DNA from: Macrostomum lignano
Lineage: Eukaryota
NCBI GenBank assembly: GCA_002269645.1
Contig: NIVC01000237.1
Span: 124,001-188,000, forward strand
Direction of reading: 5' to 3'
Length of the DNA: 64,000 bases
A program made the position numbers and the translations under genes. Shown in pieces: positions 59,401 through 64,000 of the stretch (position 1 is its first letter; every line of letters starts with the position of its first letter). The notes under the pieces are model-generated. The model worked only from the letters and a program-made list of their open reading frames with translations. It was not told the origin of the DNA and ran no database searches.

Positions 59401-60403
59401 AGGGCAAGTACCTACTCATCATTGTGGATGCGCACTCGAGCTACCCGGAAGTCTTCATCACGAGCGACATGAAGGCCGACACAGTCATTTCCAGACTTAG
59501 AAGATTGTTCTCACAACAGGGTCTCGTGTCAGACAACGGCCCTAGTTTTGTGAGCGAAGCGGTGACCGGCTGGCTCACCCAGATTGGCTGTTCGCACATC
59601 ACAACGCCCGCCTACCATCCACAGAGCAACGGCATTGCAGAGCGAATGGTGCGAACCGTCAAAGAGACAATCAAGACCAATGGTTTATCCCAAAGAAGTA
59701 TTGACAGATTTCTACTGTTCTACAGAGCTGCCAAAGGGAAGCAGCAAGCATCACCGTCCGAGTTGTTGAACGGCAGACAAATAAGACTCCCCATCTCGGA
59801 GAGCAGCACTCAGTCCAAGTGGATCCCAGGAGAATCACTCATCTACCGTGCATCGAGTTCTCATGAGCCACGAACTGTGAGATTCGCCAAAATGCTTGGC
59901 AGCAACACAGCAGTCGTTACCACAGAGACTGGACGAAATCTAAAGACCCACCTCGATCAACTACGAATCGGTGAGGTACCTGAGGCTCACGGAACTACGG
60001 AAATGGGGGATTCCAAGCCCGGTGGCAGCAGTCCAAGTGACGACGGCCAACAGACGCGTCCGTCATCGACAGACACTGAGATACTACCGGGAACAGAACA
60101 AGCTGAGAGAGCACAACAGCAACAGACTGAGGTTGGAGTTCAATCCAAGCCGTCACCCAGGCGAAGCGAACGCTTGGCCAAGAAAACTAGAATTTTTTAT
60201 CGCACCTGAGTGATAATTGTACACCTACCTATAGAAGAGGGAGGGTGTTGTGGGTTGATGGCTTTGCCATAGACATTTTTGTTACGCGACTGCGTTGATG
60301 AATTGAACTATGCTATTGAGTTATGAAATAAATAATAGACGCGTCAGAGGTCAGCAGACCGCTAGACTGACAATTGCTAAAGGCTAAAGCCAAAAGCACA
60401 ACA
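56466..60403 (+). mobile_element. Young Ty3/Gypsy (Mag-like) LTR retrotransposon, 3.94 kb
   Basis: 158-bp LTRs at 56466-56623 and 60246-60403 (TGTTGTG...CACAACA) with a single mismatch; PBS TGGCGTCGG at 56625; PPT AGAAGAGGGAGGG before the 3' LTR. Confidence 0.96.
56652..60209 (+). CDS. gag-pol: Uninterrupted gag-pol (1185 aa) lacking the integrase N-terminal HHCC region
   Basis: Gag ERFNF...LRDQLVFG; CGRCGTMH/CNKCGMQNY; IDTGA; YVDD; CDSS...EREG...TDH. DALSRL is followed after only 19 aa by PWERVHIDFAGP. SDNG and AERMV are retained. Confidence 0.92.
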   Translation: MPGSTPALPTKGVGKTVSSDKAPPLAISSKSVQATKSATATAQNPSAQVSRGQQVDIEKLDESSNFQRCLDRFTLCSELNGWQDDTKNKLLLMKLSTKLYDALADRAAPKKPGEKSFDELTKLLASILEPKTFVMAERFNFQHITRTASMSIREYAQQLCMQADKCQFGLSRDERLRDQLVFGLNDKVAIRKLLEQDFSTLTFETAINIAEAHQNISQTQILNGCTSQPQSSEVMKISASVARGSHSTSSKCGRCGTMHGSNGGCPAKGKTCNKCGMQNYFATVCKTKSTGFGKGRKSFKIPSASGQFRRAAVWPRTTSFVDASEAEQEDCFHIRHPVDSYTVPVRLRHTSGSMLSVNAQIDTGAGVSVMSKTIWKRLGCPKLTPTDTVLTTYADTQMKVFGTHDTELEYNDEFIPITFFIVESQRNFVLVGRDKLNFTLNAVDNSCTSATQSCEFPPVTLKIKEGTTPIHCKPRPLPFALRQGVKDEIDRLLEEDTIKPVKFSEWASPIVVVKKPSGKLRLCVDYKVTINSHLINYSYPMPAPDEVIATAAGSRIYTRLDLEKAYHQIPLDEASKELTVMSTPFGMFAFNKLPFGVKTAPAIFQRHISQVLQGIPGVIAYVDDILKCGKGVEQLAVRETEVLHRLNQQGLKINTAKSEFRKTSIKFLGYLLEGDQLKPDPAKVKAIQDMTPPQNVGELESFLGLVNFSGKFIRNLAALTKPLNRLRKKNEDFVWTKECQIAFEEIKVTLSDQSSLQIFDPEKPIELECDSSQRALGGVLTQSGQVVLYMSKTLSDSETKYSQIEREGLALVWCIQRCHRFLYGRRFTLITDHRPLTYIFAPDKQLPTRVSARLQRWAIMLAAYDYVIQYRPSNLMLSDALSRLVPAKPNAQTASIGLLEADNPWERVHIDFAGPIEGKYLLIIVDAHSSYPEVFITSDMKADTVISRLRRLFSQQGLVSDNGPSFVSEAVTGWLTQIGCSHITTPAYHPQSNGIAERMVRTVKETIKTNGLSQRSIDRFLLFYRAAKGKQQASPSELLNGRQIRLPISESSTQSKWIPGESLIYRASSSHEPRTVRFAKMLGSNTAVVTTETGRNLKTHLDQLRIGEVPEAHGTTEMGDSKPGGSSPSDDGQQTRPSSTDTEILPGTEQAERAQQQQTEVGVQSKPSPRRSERLAKKTRIFYRT

Positions 60404-61502
60404 TAGATTACAGCATAGATTAAGGCGCGTATATATTATTATTTAAAATAAAACTAATGAAATAACAGCCGCTTAAGTATACATTGAACCATCGCTGTGC
60501 GAAATTAATTCAATGACGTTGCTCAAAAGGCATGTTTAATCTTCTACGTAAAAATAAGGGGATTTCCGGGGTGAACGTGCTTATTACAACCAGAATAGAA
60601 ATATTGGGGACATAACCATAGACAAGTTTTATCAATAAAAATATCACTGCTCCATGCATTAATTCCTTAGCTCCTCAGCTGTATCACAATTTGATTTGAT
60701 TTGCCTGACTATACAAAATACCAGAAGAAAGACGCATCAATCAATAAATCTGGTGTAGAAGAATAGCAAATGATGCATGGAACGATTAGGCCACCGGCGT
60801 CTGGTTGTAGTCCGCACGTACAAGCGGACCATTTTTCAATCCTTCAATTACTTCAATTACATTGAACCAATCCTTTCAATACCAGACTACATTTAAGCTC
60901 GCATGAATCAAACAAAAGTCTGAGTCAAAACTTTAATTTGCATGTAATGCCCACAAATTTGCAAGTTTCGTTTTAATCAAATCTCTGATTATATTGAAAA
61001 ACTTTATTGAAAGACTACAGAGAATCCAAAAAATAATTCTTAAAATTTTATCCAACAACAGCGAACGGTAGATCATCTTTGAGGCAGACCCAAAGTCATG
61101 CAGCAACTTAAGGACGTGAGAGGGGCTTTACACTGCAAAAAGTGCAGAACACAACAGTCCGCCATCAGTTTCCGAAATAGAAGGGTATATCTATCACTAA
61201 CTCTTTCCCATGAAGAAGAACAGAGCACACAGTTTGTCTATGGCCATTAATCACTTACCCAATAAAGTCACTTTTTGCGCCTGCTAGCAAAACAAAGTGT
61301 TGTAGCGGGGTTGCACGGTGACTTCTGTCTATGGCGCAAACCAGCTTACAAAGAAAGGCGATCATTCTTTTAAGCTCTGAGCTTGTTCTTTAATTTAAAC
61401 AAGCCATTATTGAGCTAATTAGGTCAATCCGTTTGCTAAGCATCAAATATTATTTTATTGAACAGTTCTAAGTATTGCAGCAGAAGTCAGAAGTAAGCTA
61501 GT

Positions 61503-62727
61503 ATGATTTTTTTAGGAAAATGTTATGCATCTTCATGGAAAATAAGCCATCGCCAGCTGGCAATATTTACTATAGTTGCTACGCTGAGTCTCTACTATGT
61601 GTTCATCCTGTGGTCATGGAGTAGGAACGAAAAAGTGTGCAAGCAGATGAACATTGCTGCAAGGCCAAGACGTCAACTACCGAATCTGCCGTCTCCTGAA
61701 TTCTACATCCAGAAGCTGAGAAGACAGACGCCGCCTCGTGGTGACAAGTTCGATCCTCGAATAAACGAGACCGAGCTGAGAGCCGCTGTGAAACTGATAT
61801 GGGCGTTTCTGGACCTGTGCGAGAAGCACGGAATTCAGGTGATGTTGGATTCCGGAACTCTGCTGGGCTCCTACCGATACCACGGCTTCATGCCATGGGA
61901 TGACGATTTTGATGTGTTTCTCAAATGGGCTGACAACAAGCAGCTGTTAAAGGCGCTGAATGGGTGAGTCATCACTAAGTGCAAACTTTTTTATGGCCTG
62001 GTCCAATGAAACACGACGATTTTTCTTGGATAAAATTTGTCGCTACCAAAGATAATTCTTGCAATAGCTGTCCCATATCACCAGTTGCAAAGATTGAATA
62101 CTCTGCAACTTGTATTTGTTATCCGAGTGTCCGAGAAGATTGTGCCTACATTAAGAAATCATTTCAACTAATTAAGAATTTAGACCCTTCATGGATATTA
62201 GGTCATTTCGTAATAACTATATATTTATGACAAAATCCCTCAGACACCCGGATTTTAATCTAAAAGACGTCGGTTTGTGGAAAGTTTCGCTCAAGTCTGC
62301 TTGTCTACACGTGGACGTGAGCGGCTGCTGGCCCTTCATCGACGTGGCATTCTACGAGGTGCAGGGCAGCTGGATGGTGCAAAAGTTCGGCAGGTTTTAC
62401 GCGCCGACAAAGTACACGTTTCCGTTGCACAAGCGACCGTTCATGGGCCGCTGGGTGGACTCGCCCAGGGATACAGAAAAATTTCTTGAATACTTATATT
62501 TTGGATTTTGGCCACTCGACTGGTGCTTAACATCGCCGTATTCTCACAAATATGAAAAGTCAATTTATTCTCGCAGTTCCATAAAATGTTCGAAGCTCCA
62601 CGAGACCTACCCTTTTGTGATTCGTGTCCCGGACACGGAACCATGGTGTGCCGGCGTCGTGGAGACGTTGAAGCTTCCGAGCGGCGAAACGGTTTACACT
62701 GTGATGGTCGATGAACCGGTGGCTTGA
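61503..62727 (+). CDS. LicD/fukutin-family nucleotidyltransferase, type II membrane protein (314 aa, 2 exons)
   Basis: Exon 1 at 61503-61963 has an N-terminal TM (LAIFTIVATLSLYYVFILWSW) and the LicD signature LDSGTLLGSYRYHGFMPWDDDFDV. A phase-2 GT-AG intron spans 61964-62243. Exon 2 at 62244-62727 has WPFIDVAFY...FPLHKRPF. Confidence 0.88.
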
Positions 62728-64000
62728 TGAAACCTTTAGGAACTTTCTTCAAAGAGAATATTCTGCTACTAGTAATAATAAAGGTTACGAAAGATAGACC
62801 TGCCTATGCTACGTGAATGCAATTTAGTATTTCTACACTACCTGTTCTCTTTGGCGTGTCAATACCTCGAGAACACCAGTCTTTAAGAAATCTATTAATA
62901 ACAATAAGATTTGTATTGGTTTAACTTTTCCCTCTTATAATAAATTATCTTTTACAGTTATATATTTCTCAATATAGTATAGAAACAATTGCATTACATG
63001 TAGATGTAGTTTTAGGATATATGAGGGTAGAGCATGTATAATCCATAGAGGTACCTTAATATTCATGCCCTTTTTCTCCCCTAATGTTTATTTAATAGAT
63101 CATTACAGTGATTCAGCGTAGCTAACTAATACAAACTTATATTCGCTGTTTTCCTTTGTTGTCGTTAATTCCGTTAATTTATGTATATTGTATGTTGTAT
63201 GCCCTAATTTGTCAATCAAAGCTATGAATTACAGTCAATTGTGCGAATTTGACTCATGAAATACGTTTTTTTGTGTTTTCGTTAATACTGTTCTCTAGCC
63301 TCTGCTATACTCTTAATGAACATTCGACTCGCTTAAAGCTAATTATAATTCAGCTCATAGTCCTTTTTGAATTTAATATGCTAAGATTTAATGTTGAGAA
63401 TCCTGAAATCAAATCCTATCGACATACGGTCTGAACAGTAGATACATTTGTGCGTTTAATTTTTTAAAGAAGCGCAAGAGTCATTCAAAATTAGTATGGA
63501 ACACCCATGCCTGGATTCTTGTAATGCATTAAAGCAAGTCGAGGAAATATAAGTGGAAGTAAATAAGTACATCTACAGCCAACGTTTTGCGATCTTCCAA
63601 AATTGAAGGTTCTCTGGACAGGGACACAACTTCACTTGTTCATGGTTAACCTTATTACTTTGTCTATAGGCTAAGTTTAGCTTTCAAAACCTTGCCCAGG
63701 TTAGAATGTGCTGTTTTACTGGGATGCTTTCTATATCTTGGTGTTGTTAGTGATAATAACGCCAAGTGAGCAGCTAACCCTGTGGATTTGCACTAAATCA
63801 ATGGTCTTTTGGCCGTAGACACTCTCAGCCGGCGGGCAGCAGTGCATATCAAATTTTATTCATTTGTCAATAATGCAGCTTCCCAAACAGATTTGCCTAT
63901 TTTGATCAACTCGTGAAGGGACGAGTTCCCTGGAGGAATAAAAATATAGAAGAGAGCCTGAAGTAAGAAAGAAAACGGGATATAATTGTTCAATATATAT

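Noticed and set aside
22175-62727. Bacterial contamination or a very recent horizontal transfer explaining the NOV/DUF3883 and LicD genes
   Set aside because: Both have canonical phase-consistent spliceosomal introns, the NOV introns carry host-type minisatellites, and both are embedded among animal TEs.

Overview
This is animal (eukaryotic) genomic DNA, not prokaryotic. It has GT-AG introns, GC-rich exons and introns packed with minisatellites, a style resembling the flatworm Macrostomum (inference). Host genes reconstructed by hand: (i) a 12-exon, ~2,750-aa NO VEIN (NOV)-like gene (22175-37287, +) with a sacsin-type GHKL ATPase and a C-terminal DUF3883 PD-(D/E)XK-like domain, with all catalytic motifs intact; (ii) four two-exon genes for small secreted single-WSC-domain proteins (39338-54185), each predicted to begin with an unpaired Cys after signal cleavage; (iii) a two-exon LicD/fukutin-family gene (61503-62727). 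Mobile DNA: a degenerate Ty3/Gypsy element (4285-12511) with a second Gypsy nested in its gag (5229-9572); a near-intact BEL/Pao element (43236-50956) in a WSC intron, whose 3' LTR is interrupted by a Crypton-like (tyrosine-recombinase class) non-autonomous element; a young Gypsy (56466-60403) with an open ORF lacking the integrase HHCC domain; an RTE LINE 3' fragment; and two MITEs. The most promising leads are the animal GHKL-ATPase plus nuclease gene, the Crypton-like insert with asymmetric ends, the N-terminal-Cys WSC family, and a GTCTATGG motif at a fixed position upstream of five genes. All coordinates, alignments and counts were done by eye.
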